From: a virus
Strand: one strand, 5' to 3'
DNA: 64,000 nucleotides
Virus record (IMG/VR): IMGVR_UViG_3300027752_001458
Coordinates: 32,001 to 96,000 of that record
Below are positions 8,755-19,269 of the stretch, in pieces. The notes under the pieces are model-generated. The model was not told the origin of the DNA. It did no database searches and worked only from the letters and a program-made list of their open reading frames with translations. A program made the position numbers and the translations under genes. How positions within the stretch are numbered: position 1 is the stretch's first letter; each line of letters starts with the position of its first letter.

Positions 8755-11493
8755 TTATAATCCTTTTGCTAACTTCTGCATAAGATACAAATCAGCTTGT
8801 TTGAAATCATACCCGTTACTGTCACTTGCAATTCTCATAATTTCAGGCAACATGCTATCTGATGATTGCCATAAGTAGGACATAACTGCACCCTTACCTT
8901 GGTCAACAGATTTAGACCCTGATACACCCTTTGATCCGCTAAATTTGGATAATGCAAAACTTCTAGCAATGTCGTTGTCACTGCCTGCCATTATGCTTCG
9001 TAGTGCTCTACTACTATCAAATCCATCTTTGCCCAGTGTGTGAGTTAACATAGTTAGTGCGATGCCTTGTTGCGTTGACATAGGACGGTTAGCTTTCTTA
9101 AATGCGTACCTAGACATTTGTTTCAAGTCATTGTTTAATAATTGCTTACTTGCATTTTTACTCATACCAGCGGCAACTTGGTTTATAAATATAGGTTCTT
9201 TATAAGCGCCACCTTTCGGTACGATGGCATACGCAGAATCACCTGCACTAAACTTACTACTAACTTGACTTGCTTTAAGAATGCCTTGTGAGGATAAATC
9301 TTGTCCTGGTCCAGCCGTTTTAATAATGTCTGCAATGTCTGCCGAAGATAGCTTTCCTTTACCTGTATCAATCATTGTAGTAGCTGATGTCGGGTCAAAG
9401 TTCTTGCCATCACCAAACATAACTACGCCAGCCTTTTGTTCTGCCTCGCCCAGTATGTGCTTGTACCCAATTGCCTTTACAGGCTTATCAGGCTTAATAC
9501 CACCCGGGTATTGCATTTCATGTTCTGTTAACATTGGTGCAGAACATGATGTAATCATGTCCTCTGTTGCTTTTAAGCCAGGCCCATTAGCAAATTCACT
9601 TGCCAATGCATCACCTGCCATTGTCTTACTTTTTAGTAACGGGGCATCTTTGTAATTAGGCACCATAGTGTTAAGTGTTTCTACATCTTTAGGATTACCT
9701 GATGTATCATAAAATTGTCCTCTAACGTGTCCTTCTAATGCTGGACCAGTTACTCCGTCAAAGCCAGTGCCTTGTTTAACACTACCATCTGGAGCGACTA
9801 TGGTGTCTGGGCCTATGTAACCAGAGTCCGATGAACCTGGGGCCATGTTGTTAGCCGCAAATTTATCACCTGCTATAGCATCCGAACCGCCTGGGGCAGG
9901 GATAGTAATGTCTTGTGTTAAATGTCCGAACCACGGTTCTCTGGTTGTGATCATTGTTGTCGTAGATGCGACTTTTATTTTCTTGCCTCGAGGGTCTTGG
10001 AAATTGCCTGCATACTTAGAATCAACTGTTGCTGGTAAAGACGGATCAACTTGTCTTAATCCGTTTGTAGGTAAAGGATTGCGAGTGTCTGTTTCTGCAT
10101 GGTCATAGTCCATAACAGGAATGCTCAACGGCTCGTCCTGAAATACTGTTACTGTTAAGGGTGTAATCGGTCCAGGGACGCCAGCTGATCCTGTGCTTCC
10201 ACCATCATTAAGATGTACAGTTGCCCCTTTAACATAACTAGGTCCGCCTGATACAACGTGTGTTGATCCACCTGTACTTATAAATGCATCACTACCGGAT
10301 TCTATCACAGTGGTTGCAGGAGTTTTAACTTCTATGCCTGACTCACCATATAGTTGCACACCGCCTTTTGATGCCGCCGATATTAAACTGCCGTCTTTAA
10401 GTGTTTGCATTTTAATTTGATTGTTTGTTAATTCGTTAATGCTATTACCGGCTTGTATATAAACATCACCACCAGTTGCGCCGCCTAAGTTTATTGTGTC
10501 TACTTCGCCGCCGGCATCTTCTAGCAACCCTGCGTTTATGTTTACCCTAACACCAGCATCTAAGTTTAATGTATGATCTGCTCTAATATTAACATTAGCG
10601 GTTGCTCTCATGTTTAAGTCGCTGTCGCTAAACACTTGTATACTGCCGTCTGCGGATAACTCTACCCAAGCAGTACCAGGACTGTTGATAACATAAACAA
10701 GTTCATTTGTATCGTCTATCAATACCTGTCCGCCACCAGCAGTTCTCATTCTGATATGACGCTGTTCCAAGTTATCGTCCATTACAAAACTGTGTCCGCC
10801 TAATCTATTTGTGCCGTCCTTTTTTCCTGTATCAACATTTACTTGCTCTGGCCCAGGTGTTAAAAACCCAAATACTTGTGAAGGACTTTCTCGTCTTGCA
10901 CCACTAGTTGTTGTACCTCTAACAGGGTCATTAATTAGTCCCTGCATTACTATAGGAAATGCTATGTATGGATTAAGTGGTCGCTGTGGAGTTTTACCGT
11001 GGCTTTTATTTTCGTCTCGTCTATTCTTTTCTGCTGTCGGTAATGGCTGGCTTGTGCCAAATGTTGCGCCAGCTGGGTTACCGGGCACCATGTTTTGCAT
11101 TTGGTCCGGGAACATGCATCCTATAATAATAGGTTGTTTCTTTTTACCGTCGCCGAATATTACTAACACAAAGTTGCCTGGATCAGGTGGAACCATCCAC
11201 ATGCCATATGTCTTCATTGTGTCTTGATATTTCGTTGTATTCTTTCCAACTGATGCACTAGGAGTTGTGCCTGCAAAAGGACTACTCCAGTAACAGTTAA
11301 AATACCCTTTTGGATCGTTTCTGTCTTTTGACAACATTGGGATATAAACAGGTATACGTCCGCTGTGACTTGCATCTTTAGGTCTTACAATTACTTCGCC
11401 TACATAGATACCGTGATCCAGATTTGCCTCTTCACGTGACTTGTCTACTGGATTCTTTCTACTTATTTTATATTCGTCTGCCTTATACGCCAT
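8755..11493 (-). CDS. Baseplate central spike, gp5/VgrG-like, with C-terminal degenerate GH24 lysozyme-like domain
   Basis: N-terminal OB-fold (GRIPVYIP, YGMWMVPPDPGNFVLVIF), GHSFVMDD...RMRTAGG, beta-helix repeats and VHLN; lysozyme-like C-terminal segment. Confidence 0.8.
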   Translation of the reverse strand: MAYKADEYKISRKNPVDKSREEANLDHGIYVGEVIVRPKDASHSGRIPVYIPMLSKDRNDPKGYFNCYWSSPFAGTTPSASVGKNTTKYQDTMKTYGMWMVPPDPGNFVLVIFGDGKKKQPIIIGCMFPDQMQNMVPGNPAGATFGTSQPLPTAEKNRRDENKSHGKTPQRPLNPYIAFPIVMQGLINDPVRGTTTSGARRESPSQVFGFLTPGPEQVNVDTGKKDGTNRLGGHSFVMDDNLEQRHIRMRTAGGGQVLIDDTNELVYVINSPGTAWVELSADGSIQVFSDSDLNMRATANVNIRADHTLNLDAGVRVNINAGLLEDAGGEVDTINLGGATGGDVYIQAGNSINELTNNQIKMQTLKDGSLISAASKGGVQLYGESGIEVKTPATTVIESGSDAFISTGGSTHVVSGGPSYVKGATVHLNDGGSTGSAGVPGPITPLTVTVFQDEPLSIPVMDYDHAETDTRNPLPTNGLRQVDPSLPATVDSKYAGNFQDPRGKKIKVASTTTMITTREPWFGHLTQDITIPAPGGSDAIAGDKFAANNMAPGSSDSGYIGPDTIVAPDGSVKQGTGFDGVTGPALEGHVRGQFYDTSGNPKDVETLNTMVPNYKDAPLLKSKTMAGDALASEFANGPGLKATEDMITSCSAPMLTEHEMQYPGGIKPDKPVKAIGYKHILGEAEQKAGVVMFGDGKNFDPTSATTMIDTGKGKLSSADIADIIKTAGPGQDLSSQGILKASQVSSKFSAGDSAYAIVPKGGAYKEPIFINQVAAGMSKNASKQLLNNDLKQMSRYAFKKANRPMSTQQGIALTMLTHTLGKDGFDSSRALRSIMAGSDNDIARSFALSKFSGSKGVSGSKSVDQGKGAVMSYLWQSSDSMLPEIMRIASDSNGYDFKQADLYLMQKLAKGL

Positions 11494-11494
11494 C

Positions 11495-13900
11495 TTATCG
11501 CCCTGTTAGATCTATTTTAGATAGACTTAGTGATGTTACTTTTGGTGCTCTGGTCATTTCAACTTCAAACAATCCACCTGAGAAACTTGCTGTAAGTCCG
11601 ATAATCGCGTATACTCCACTTATAAAGAATGCTGTTCCTTGCTGTGTCATATAACCTGTGTTCTCATCTTCATCGTCAACGTTTGGGTCTCGGACTCGAG
11701 GTGTTTGCATTGTAAACAAAAAGTAGTTATCACTATTGCCATACACTGCATACTCATCCGTGGACTTTTTATCTTCGCTCGCCGCGTCTGCGTTACCTGG
11801 GTTACGCTGGTCTCTTGCGTTTGCATAAGGCATTGGTCTACCTAGGTACCATGGATCGCCACGTACTTTTAAATTTAAATCTATTAAAATACCTGCATCA
11901 TTTACATTCTGGTACATGTACCCAAACAGTGTTGCACTTGCTGTACCGTCATTTGTTTGGTTCGATGTTGCTATTACACTCTTGCCGTAATTATATTTTG
12001 GCTTAGGCGATGTATCGATATCTTCTGCTGTTTTCTTTGTGCTTTTCTTTAGTTGTTGTAATGCTTGGTATCCTGATAATTCACCGATAACGGTTGTTGT
12101 ACCACCATAATCACTTAGTAAGTCTGCACTATATAAGTATCCGCTTGCTTCTGGCTTGTATGGCTGTGCATTAGGATTAGGTGCCGGAGAGTCAACAGGG
12201 AAGTCTTCTTTTCCTTGTTCTGTTTTTCTGTAACCCAACGGATCTGAGCCTTGGTTATTAACGTACAAAATAGTATCTGCTAAATCGGCTCGTCTTTTAT
12301 CATCATCCATTATATCTGTGTATTCGTCACTTGATAGTCCTAGGGTGTCTTGTACTCGCTGGGCAAACACATCATCATCTAACGCCGCATTAATTCCTGC
12401 ACTGTCTTGTACCTTTGCCGCCACTTCTGCATCACGATCTTTGCCGTCAAGGTCAGTAGTAGCATCTTGATTCATTGTCGGAGAGTTTGCATTTGTGGCC
12501 ATGTCGCCCATTGTGCCTCCGCCTGGAACAGCAAGTAATAATTGACCTGCATTATACGAAATATCTGCACTTAGTATTTGGTCATTCAAGCCTGTGTATA
12601 GATAGTTGTACACCTTTTTAATGTTCATCTCTCTTACACGTTTTGTTGTTTGCTCTTTGTTAAGGTTGTTTTCTGCCGCCGCAACTTCGACGTCAGCTCT
12701 ATCATATATGATAGGTTTATAAATTATCTTCTTTGGATACTTGTTACGTTTGGTATCAAACACAGCGGCACCTGTTTCATCTAGTTCATATGATATCGAT
12801 GATTCAATCTTGTACCACTTAGTAAATGTTTGTGCTAGGTCAAATCCATCTGCGTTCACAGCCGGCTCATCGAATACTTTTTTCCTACTAGTCTTATCTA
12901 AGAAACCAGGACACATTACAAGTAGTGTGGTAAAGAACTGATTCATGTCTGTTCCTTCCTTCATTGCAATATTTTGATTGAACAGCCAGTCTGTGCCTGC
13001 TTCGACTCCGCCATCGAAACTTTCGGGGTCGTCTTCTAATCTCTTCTTGTATTCGTCTAACGTCTTAACACCTTTTTCCTGTGAGTTAATTAATCTATTA
13101 ACTTCTTCAGCCGCGTTGGCTCCTGCCTTGGTAACTTCTAAATCAGATATTTCTGATTTAAGTTGGGTAAGGTCAAACACAATTTCGTCATGTATGCCTT
13201 CTGCTTTTAAATTGTCTTCTCTATATTTTTTTAATTGGTCTTGTAAATCTTGTACAAGAGTTTCGATATCGTTACCGCTAACTTTTAAGTCTTTTGGTAA
13301 CTTAAAGTACTCGTCTGTGTAAGCAACTTGCGATCCTACTGGGCACGAAAAGTCGTATGTGCTACCAGTGGAGTCAATAGCAACACCTACTTCTGCGATA
13401 GTTAGTTTGTAAATAAATGGTCCGCCGATTGGACTGCCCGTTGTGTCTGAACTTTGAACTGGTGCGCCACCTACATCGTTGTCAGCATTCGGATTGTTCT
13501 CATATCCTTTAAATTCAACTGCTAAAAATAGTGGAACATCTGCCCACATATATTTGTGACCTAATGCCAACTTAGCGGCTTGTATCTGATCTAGTAAATC
13601 TGCGGCACTTGGCTGGAACAATTGGAACGTAGTCTTAATTGCCATTGCATTACCTGTTTTAGGCGATCCAACAATTTCAATATTGAGGTTGTCTATTTGC
13701 ACACCAGTAACACCGGTCTGTGCAATAACAACTGTACGTCCTGGCTCTGCGGCATACTGTCCTCTAAGCCACTCCTCTTCACCGATCATGTACAACTTAA
13801 GATTGTAACTGGTGTTTTCGTAGTGGTCTAGTATGTTACCCATCACTGCGTCTAGGTATACATTTTCTATCGCTTCTTTTTTATCTTTCGTTTTTGCCAT
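11495..13900 (-). CDS. Baseplate hub / tail-associated protein (gp27-like position)
   Basis: Long ORF between the gp53-like and gp5-like genes; LKVRGDPWYL and FFISGVYAII motifs resemble hub proteins of large myoviruses. Confidence 0.6.
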   Translation of the reverse strand: MAKTKDKKEAIENVYLDAVMGNILDHYENTSYNLKLYMIGEEEWLRGQYAAEPGRTVVIAQTGVTGVQIDNLNIEIVGSPKTGNAMAIKTTFQLFQPSAADLLDQIQAAKLALGHKYMWADVPLFLAVEFKGYENNPNADNDVGGAPVQSSDTTGSPIGGPFIYKLTIAEVGVAIDSTGSTYDFSCPVGSQVAYTDEYFKLPKDLKVSGNDIETLVQDLQDQLKKYREDNLKAEGIHDEIVFDLTQLKSEISDLEVTKAGANAAEEVNRLINSQEKGVKTLDEYKKRLEDDPESFDGGVEAGTDWLFNQNIAMKEGTDMNQFFTTLLVMCPGFLDKTSRKKVFDEPAVNADGFDLAQTFTKWYKIESSISYELDETGAAVFDTKRNKYPKKIIYKPIIYDRADVEVAAAENNLNKEQTTKRVREMNIKKVYNYLYTGLNDQILSADISYNAGQLLLAVPGGGTMGDMATNANSPTMNQDATTDLDGKDRDAEVAAKVQDSAGINAALDDDVFAQRVQDTLGLSSDEYTDIMDDDKRRADLADTILYVNNQGSDPLGYRKTEQGKEDFPVDSPAPNPNAQPYKPEASGYLYSADLLSDYGGTTTVIGELSGYQALQQLKKSTKKTAEDIDTSPKPKYNYGKSVIATSNQTNDGTASATLFGYMYQNVNDAGILIDLNLKVRGDPWYLGRPMPYANARDQRNPGNADAASEDKKSTDEYAVYGNSDNYFLFTMQTPRVRDPNVDDEDENTGYMTQQGTAFFISGVYAIIGLTASFSGGLFEVEMTRAPKVTSLSLSKIDLTGR

Positions 13901-14196
13901 TATCTGAGTCTGTCTATTGCATTAGTTGAAGGTATATAAATTTCTTTACCTGAAGTAAAATCTTCAAGCGGGTCCACTAACAAATCTGGATTTCTTAATG
14001 CAAACACCCACCACAGTTTCGTAGTGCCGAATAATTTATTAGACAACAGATCTGGTCTCTTGTCAAATTTACTTTCAATAACATAGACCTGGTCAGCAGG
14101 CGATGATCCAATTTTTGGTAGCGTGTTAACATCTAAGTAAAACTTATTAACAGGCGCTCCTCGTAAGAAACTGTTAGTGTCGTGGAAGGAAGCCAT
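13900..14196 (-). CDS. Baseplate wedge protein, gp53/LysM-like
   Basis: RPDLLSNKLFGTTKLWWVFALRNP...GKEIYIP matches the gp53/tail-X LysM-like motif. Confidence 0.8.
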   Translation of the reverse strand: MASFHDTNSFLRGAPVNKFYLDVNTLPKIGSSPADQVYVIESKFDKRPDLLSNKLFGTTKLWWVFALRNPDLLVDPLEDFTSGKEIYIPSTNAIDRLR

Positions 14197-14951
14197 TATA
14201 CAAACCCTTTATTGAATTGTGCACCACTGGAAAAAGCATTTAAGTCAAACTGACTTCTTAGTTTCTTCTGTGTATACTGCGGTACCATTTCGATCATGAT
14301 GTCTGTCTCTGTGGGCATGTACGTTATTGTCTTGCCCTGTGTAGGGTGATTGTATTCAACTGGTACATAGTCCACGCCGTCCGGTAATTGTATGTTAAAA
14401 CTTCTAATAATTACTGGCACTTTGTTGAATCCAAAATGACCCAAGTATTCAAAAATTAGTACAGGAGGTGGAGTACCATAGTACCCTTGCTCAACTGCTG
14501 AATCTCCGTAGTAACCTTTTGTCACACTCCTTAAAAAATGGAATATGGACAACAGGTACTGTGCTTCTTCTAGTGTGTTTGCTGTAAACTGTCCTTGTAC
14601 TGGCAATGTTGCAGGCTTACTATTAAGGTAAGTGTAAAACGGATAGTTAGATCCGTGTTGGCTATGCTCATCATAGTCCACTTGACCTTGTAAAAATATG
14701 TTTGGTGTATAAGGATACACAATTCCGCCACGTTCTTTCAGAGGACTTAATATACTAGGCTGGTCTTCGCCCTTATGGTTCTTGGTACCATAGGCAATGT
14801 CTTCTCCGCCTTTCTTAGGTCGGATCCTAGCTCTCCAATCGAAATTACCTATATCTTTTCTGTTTGATGGTAATTCGTTTATGTTTAGTCCGATTCCCCC
14901 AGCCTTGCCTTGTCCTGCTGGTTCTCCGTCAATTAATATGTCATCTGCCAT
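14196..14951 (-). CDS. Tail tube initiator / baseplate tube protein (gp48/gp54-like)
   Basis: IVYPYTPNI, HFLRSVTKGYYG and GTPPPVLIFEYLGHFGFNKVPVIIRSF are contractile-tail tube-like motifs; start at MADDIL follows an AGGAG RBS. Confidence 0.65.
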   Translation of the reverse strand: MADDILIDGEPAGQGKAGGIGLNINELPSNRKDIGNFDWRARIRPKKGGEDIAYGTKNHKGEDQPSILSPLKERGGIVYPYTPNIFLQGQVDYDEHSQHGSNYPFYTYLNSKPATLPVQGQFTANTLEEAQYLLSIFHFLRSVTKGYYGDSAVEQGYYGTPPPVLIFEYLGHFGFNKVPVIIRSFNIQLPDGVDYVPVEYNHPTQGKTITYMPTETDIMIEMVPQYTQKKLRSQFDLNAFSSGAQFNKGFV

Positions 14952-14968
14952 TATATGCTCCTTGCTAT

Positions 14969-15000
14969 TATTTATCATAATAAATAAAAACGTATTTTAA
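14969..15000 (-). promoter_or_regulatory. Late promoter GATAAATA plus upstream near-palindrome
   Basis: TATTTATC at 14969-14976 and TAAAAACGTATTTTAA at 14985-15000. Confidence 0.65.
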
Positions 15001-15024
15001 TTATCATAACCTTTAGAATAAACA

Positions 15025-15052
15025 TTGACATCGGTACATTTTAGTGTATAAT
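15025..15052 (+). promoter_or_regulatory. Sigma70-type promoter for the sigma/gp47/gp46 operon
   Basis: TTGACA (15025)-16 nt-TATAAT (15047), followed by a GAGGAG RBS. Confidence 0.65.
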
Positions 15053-15087
15053 ACAATATAAACGAATTATAGTTTTGAGGAGACAAA

Positions 15088-15963
15088 ATGACTACAACAG
15101 GCAGAAAAGTTAATTATCTTAATAATAAAGATATTTTAAAAGAAATTCACAAGAGCAAGTTAAGTTACTGTTATGTAACTGATGACGACTACATCCAGCA
15201 AGACATTATCTTAACAGACGTGTCAGAAATTAACGCAGAAACAATTGAACAAGCAAAACTGAACAAAGCACATGTGCAGTCTAGGGCCGCATACGAACAA
15301 GCTATTAAAGAAGGGAAATGGGTTAAGAAGCCTAAGCAGAAAGAATTTGCTGTTGATCCTGAAAGTTTAGCTGTTGATGGGTTAGTGTTTAGAGTTATGG
15401 GATATGATCATATTCCGGATGAGCCAGGCAGGAAGAAGACTACAAAAACTGTTGCTGACACAAAAGCAAAAGTAAACTTCCCTCCGTTCAAGCATTATAT
15501 TTTAGATAGTGCTGGTGCTAATCCTAGAGAAGTTGTGCGTAGCCACTGGATAGGTGGACTACACAATGGACACTTTAGCGTTACCCACGGTAACATCAAT
15601 AACGAGCTAGGCAAGATGTTTATGAAACTTGTTGAGCGTTACAGTCAGCGAGGTAACTGGAGAGGTTACACTTATGTTGATGAGATGCGTGGACAAGCAT
15701 TAGTGCAACTTGCACAAATTGGCTTACAGTTTAACGAAGCAAAATCAGACAACCCGTTTGCATATTATACGGCTACTGTTAATAATAGTTTTACTAGAGT
15801 ACTGAACTTAGAGAAACGAAATCAAACTATCAGAGATGATATTTTAATCGAGCAGGGACATTTACCCAGTTACGGCAGACAGATTGCACATGAAAACTCG
15901 CTAAGAGAAATGCGAGCAAGTGCAGAAGCAGAATTGGAAAACTCCGGCAACGCAACTAAGTAG
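15088..15963 (+). CDS. gp55: Late transcription sigma factor, gp55-like
   Basis: VNYLNNKDIL, NWRGYTYVDEM and FNEAKSDNPFAYYT...NSFTRVLNLEKRNQ motifs; same synteny with gp47/gp46 as in T4-like phages. Confidence 0.8.
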   Translation: MTTTGRKVNYLNNKDILKEIHKSKLSYCYVTDDDYIQQDIILTDVSEINAETIEQAKLNKAHVQSRAAYEQAIKEGKWVKKPKQKEFAVDPESLAVDGLVFRVMGYDHIPDEPGRKKTTKTVADTKAKVNFPPFKHYILDSAGANPREVVRSHWIGGLHNGHFSVTHGNINNELGKMFMKLVERYSQRGNWRGYTYVDEMRGQALVQLAQIGLQFNEAKSDNPFAYYTATVNNSFTRVLNLEKRNQTIRDDILIEQGHLPSYGRQIAHENSLREMRASAEAELENSGNATK

Positions 15964-15971
15964 GGACTCAT

Positions 15972-16991
15972 ATGGCAAACCTTTTTGAAAGGGCCGCATG
16001 TTTTACAGATATACATTACGGCTTAAAACAAAACAGTAGACAGCATCTTAAAGACTGTCACAATTTTATAGATTGGTTTATAGCAGAAGCAAAGGCTCGA
16101 GATTGTGAGACTTGCTTCTTCTTAGGCGACTGGCATCATCACAGAGCAAGTATTAATATTGCTACGATGAATGCTACTATTAAAGATCTTAAAAAGCTGA
16201 ACGACAACTTTAGCAAAGTTTACTTTATAACTGGTAATCACGATTTGTACTATAGAGAGAAACGTGATCTTAACAGTGTAGAATTTGCTAGGGATTTAGA
16301 AAACTTTGTTATGGTAGACGAACACTTCTTGCAAGACGGTGTTGCTATTATTCCATGGCTAGTCGGTGACGAACATAAACTGTTAAACAAAGTAGATTGC
16401 AAGTACATGTTTGGGCATTTTGAGTTACCATACTTTAAAATGAATGCAATGGTAGAGATGCCAGACCATGGTGGTATCACAGCAAAAGACTTGTCTAATC
16501 CAGAATATGTATTCAGTGGTCACTTCCACAAGCGACAATACAAAGGCAATATCCATTATATGGGTAATGCGTTCCCGCACAACTATGCTGATGCACAAGA
16601 TAACGAGCGTGGTGCTATGTTCCTCGAATGGGACCAAGAGCCACAATATGTTAATTGGGCAGAATGTCCTAAGTATGTTACTATGGGACTTAGAGAATTA
16701 CTAGAAGCACCTGAGAAATTCTTAGACGAGAATACACATGCTAGGATTAAATTAGACGTTGCTATTAGTTACGAAGAGGCAAACTTTATAAGAGAAACAT
16801 TTGCTGAAAAGTTTAGTGTTAGAGAACTACAACTTATTGTCGTAAAAGAAGAAGACGAAGTTTTCGATGGAGAAGAAATTAATTTTGAGAGTGTTGACCA
16901 AATTGTAATTAGTCAATTGGAAACAATCGAAAGTCAATTGGTAGAAACACATCGACTAATTGAAATTTATAGGAATATTGAAATTGCTTAA
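15972..16991 (+). CDS. gp47: Recombination endonuclease subunit (Mre11/SbcD-like)
   Basis: Metallophosphoesterase motifs TDIHYG, FLGDWHH, GNHD, FGHFE and SGHFH. Confidence 0.93.
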   Translation: MANLFERAACFTDIHYGLKQNSRQHLKDCHNFIDWFIAEAKARDCETCFFLGDWHHHRASINIATMNATIKDLKKLNDNFSKVYFITGNHDLYYREKRDLNSVEFARDLENFVMVDEHFLQDGVAIIPWLVGDEHKLLNKVDCKYMFGHFELPYFKMNAMVEMPDHGGITAKDLSNPEYVFSGHFHKRQYKGNIHYMGNAFPHNYADAQDNERGAMFLEWDQEPQYVNWAECPKYVTMGLRELLEAPEKFLDENTHARIKLDVAISYEEANFIRETFAEKFSVRELQLIVVKEEDEVFDGEEINFESVDQIVISQLETIESQLVETHRLIEIYRNIEIA

Positions 16992-18759
16992 AATTAAAAA
17001 TGTAACAGCCAAGAACTTTATGAGTGTAGGTAACAACTTGCAAGCCGTAACGTTCGATACTGATTCATTGACATTAGTGTTAGGTCATAACTTAGACCTA
17101 GGTGGCGATGGTAGTAGGAACGGTACAGGTAAGACTACTATTATTAACGCACTCAGCTATGCACTTTACGGCGAGGCACTGACTAACATCAGAAAAGATA
17201 ATCTTATTAATAAGACAAATGGTAAAGGAATGATTACCACTGTTGACTTTGAGATTAAAGGAACTGAGTATAGAATTGAACGTGGTCGAAGACCTAACGT
17301 GTTAAAGTTCTATATCGATGGTAACGAATCGGCTGACAACGAACAGCAAGGTGATATGCGTGAAACTCAAAAAGACATCGAGCGTGTCATTGGGTTCCCA
17401 CATAATATGTTTAAGCATTTAATTGCATTAAACACATACACTGAACCGTTCCTCAGTATGAAAACAAATGACCAACGAGACATGATTGAACAGTTGTTGG
17501 GCATTACTGAAATTAGTTCTAAGGCAGAAGTGCTAAAGGAATTACTCAAGTCTACTAAAGACAGTATTAAAGACGAAGAGTCTAGGATACATGCAGTACA
17601 GAATGCTAACAAACGTATCGAGTCCAGTATTAAAGACATCGAAAGTCGGAGTAAGGCTTGGGGCAGACTCAAAGGAGATAAAGTTCATGGATTGCAAACT
17701 AGTTTAGATACATTAGAACACACTGACATTAAAGCAGAGCTAGACTGTCACAGAAAGATTGTGGATATTAATGAAAAACAAGCAAAGCTAACGGCACTTA
17801 AAACAGACTTGACCACAAGAACAACGTCAATGAATCGAAGTGACAATAAACTTACTACCTTAGAAGCTAACTTAACAAAAGCACTCGAAGGTGTATGTCC
17901 TACATGCGAGCAAGGTACTGCACATTTAAGCACACATGAAAAGTATACTGATGATTTGAGTGAAGAGATTAAAGAAGAGCAACGGTACAATGTTGAGCTA
18001 GTTGATAAAATTAGAGAGATTACTTCTACTATTAAAACACTTGGCAATATTCCTGAGACGCCTATTACGTTTTATAACAAAATGGAAGATGCGTTACAGC
18101 ACAAACATAATGTTGAAACGTTACAGGCACAAATTGAAGAAAAGATTAAAGAAGAAAATCCGTATGTCGAGCAAGTAGATCAACTTAGAACATCGGGTAT
18201 CGAAGAAGTAAGTTATGAATCAATAAACGATTTCACTAGTTTAAAAGAACACCAAGAGTTCTTGCATAAACTATTAACCAGTAAAGACAGTTTTATTCGT
18301 AAAAAGATTATTGACCAAAACTTACAATACTTAAACTACCGACTGAACTACTATTTAGAAAAGTTGGGCTTACCACACGATGTTAAATTTAACAGTGACT
18401 TAACTGTTGATATTACAGAGTACGGTAGAGACTTAGACTTTGATAATTTAAGTAGGGGCGAACGTAACAGACTTATACTAGGTATGAGTTGGGCGTTTAG
18501 AGACATTTACGAAAGTCTTAACCAGCCTATGAACTTGATGTGTATCGACGAACTAGTAGATAGTGGCATGGACACAACAGGTGTCGAGAATGCACTAGCA
18601 GTTCTTAAGAAGATGGGCCGAGAGTCAAACAAGAATGTATTCCTTATTTCGCACAAAGAAGAATTACAAGGGCGTGTTAACAATGTCTTGTATGTTGTTA
18701 AAGAAGGAGGATTCACTAGTTACAGTAATGACATAGAAATCCTTGATGAGAATACGTGA
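16984..18759 (+). CDS. gp46: Recombination ATPase subunit (Rad50/SbcC-like)
   Basis: Walker A NGTGKTT, zinc hook CPTC, signature LSRGE, Walker B CIDE and ISH; probable TTG start at 16984 (MLKIKNV). Confidence 0.93.
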   Translation: MLKIKNVTAKNFMSVGNNLQAVTFDTDSLTLVLGHNLDLGGDGSRNGTGKTTIINALSYALYGEALTNIRKDNLINKTNGKGMITTVDFEIKGTEYRIERGRRPNVLKFYIDGNESADNEQQGDMRETQKDIERVIGFPHNMFKHLIALNTYTEPFLSMKTNDQRDMIEQLLGITEISSKAEVLKELLKSTKDSIKDEESRIHAVQNANKRIESSIKDIESRSKAWGRLKGDKVHGLQTSLDTLEHTDIKAELDCHRKIVDINEKQAKLTALKTDLTTRTTSMNRSDNKLTTLEANLTKALEGVCPTCEQGTAHLSTHEKYTDDLSEEIKEEQRYNVELVDKIREITSTIKTLGNIPETPITFYNKMEDALQHKHNVETLQAQIEEKIKEENPYVEQVDQLRTSGIEEVSYESINDFTSLKEHQEFLHKLLTSKDSFIRKKIIDQNLQYLNYRLNYYLEKLGLPHDVKFNSDLTVDITEYGRDLDFDNLSRGERNRLILGMSWAFRDIYESLNQPMNLMCIDELVDSGMDTTGVENALAVLKKMGRESNKNVFLISHKEELQGRVNNVLYVVKEGGFTSYSNDIEILDENT

Positions 18760-19181
18760 GCCAGTGGACATATAAAGGTAAACAAGTAGACGAGCTACCG
18801 ACAGACTGCGAAGCATTTGTTTACCTAATCACAAACTTAACTAGCGATAAGAAGTACGTTGGTAAAAAGTTAGCAAAGTTCAAAACAACCAAGCCTCCCT
18901 TAAAGGGAAAGAAGAATAAACGCCGTGGCACTAAAGAAAGTGACTGGCGTACATATTGGGGCAGTTCGGATCACTTAAATGCTGATGTGTTAGAGCTAGG
19001 CGAAGATAAGTTTACAAGAGAAATATTGCATTATTGCCCAACTAGAGGCATAGCAAGTTACATCGAAGCAGAAGAACAATTTAATCGAAATGTTCTCTTG
19101 ACAGATGAGTATTATAATGGTATAATAAACGTCAGAGTAGGCGGTTCAAAAATACTAAAGGAACATTTTGGAAAGACATAA
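18756..19181 (+). CDS. Minimal GIY-YIG-like nuclease
   Basis: FVYLITN...KKYVGKK (GIY/YIG), conserved Glu (YIEAEEQ) and Asn (YYNG); no obvious C-terminal DNA-binding domain. Confidence 0.7.
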   Translation: MSQWTYKGKQVDELPTDCEAFVYLITNLTSDKKYVGKKLAKFKTTKPPLKGKKNKRRGTKESDWRTYWGSSDHLNADVLELGEDKFTREILHYCPTRGIASYIEAEEQFNRNVLLTDEYYNGIINVRVGGSKILKEHFGKT

Positions 19182-19269
19182 CTATATATTGAACATGGCA
19201 CACACCGACACCCAGTCTCGCTAATAAAAACGATCCCAGACACAAAGTCAAACTAATAAAGTACAACAC

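Noticed and set aside
18756-19181. Mobile homing endonuclease
   Set aside because: Only 141 aa with no recognisable DNA-binding domain and coupled to gp46; no sign of an intron or insertion boundaries.
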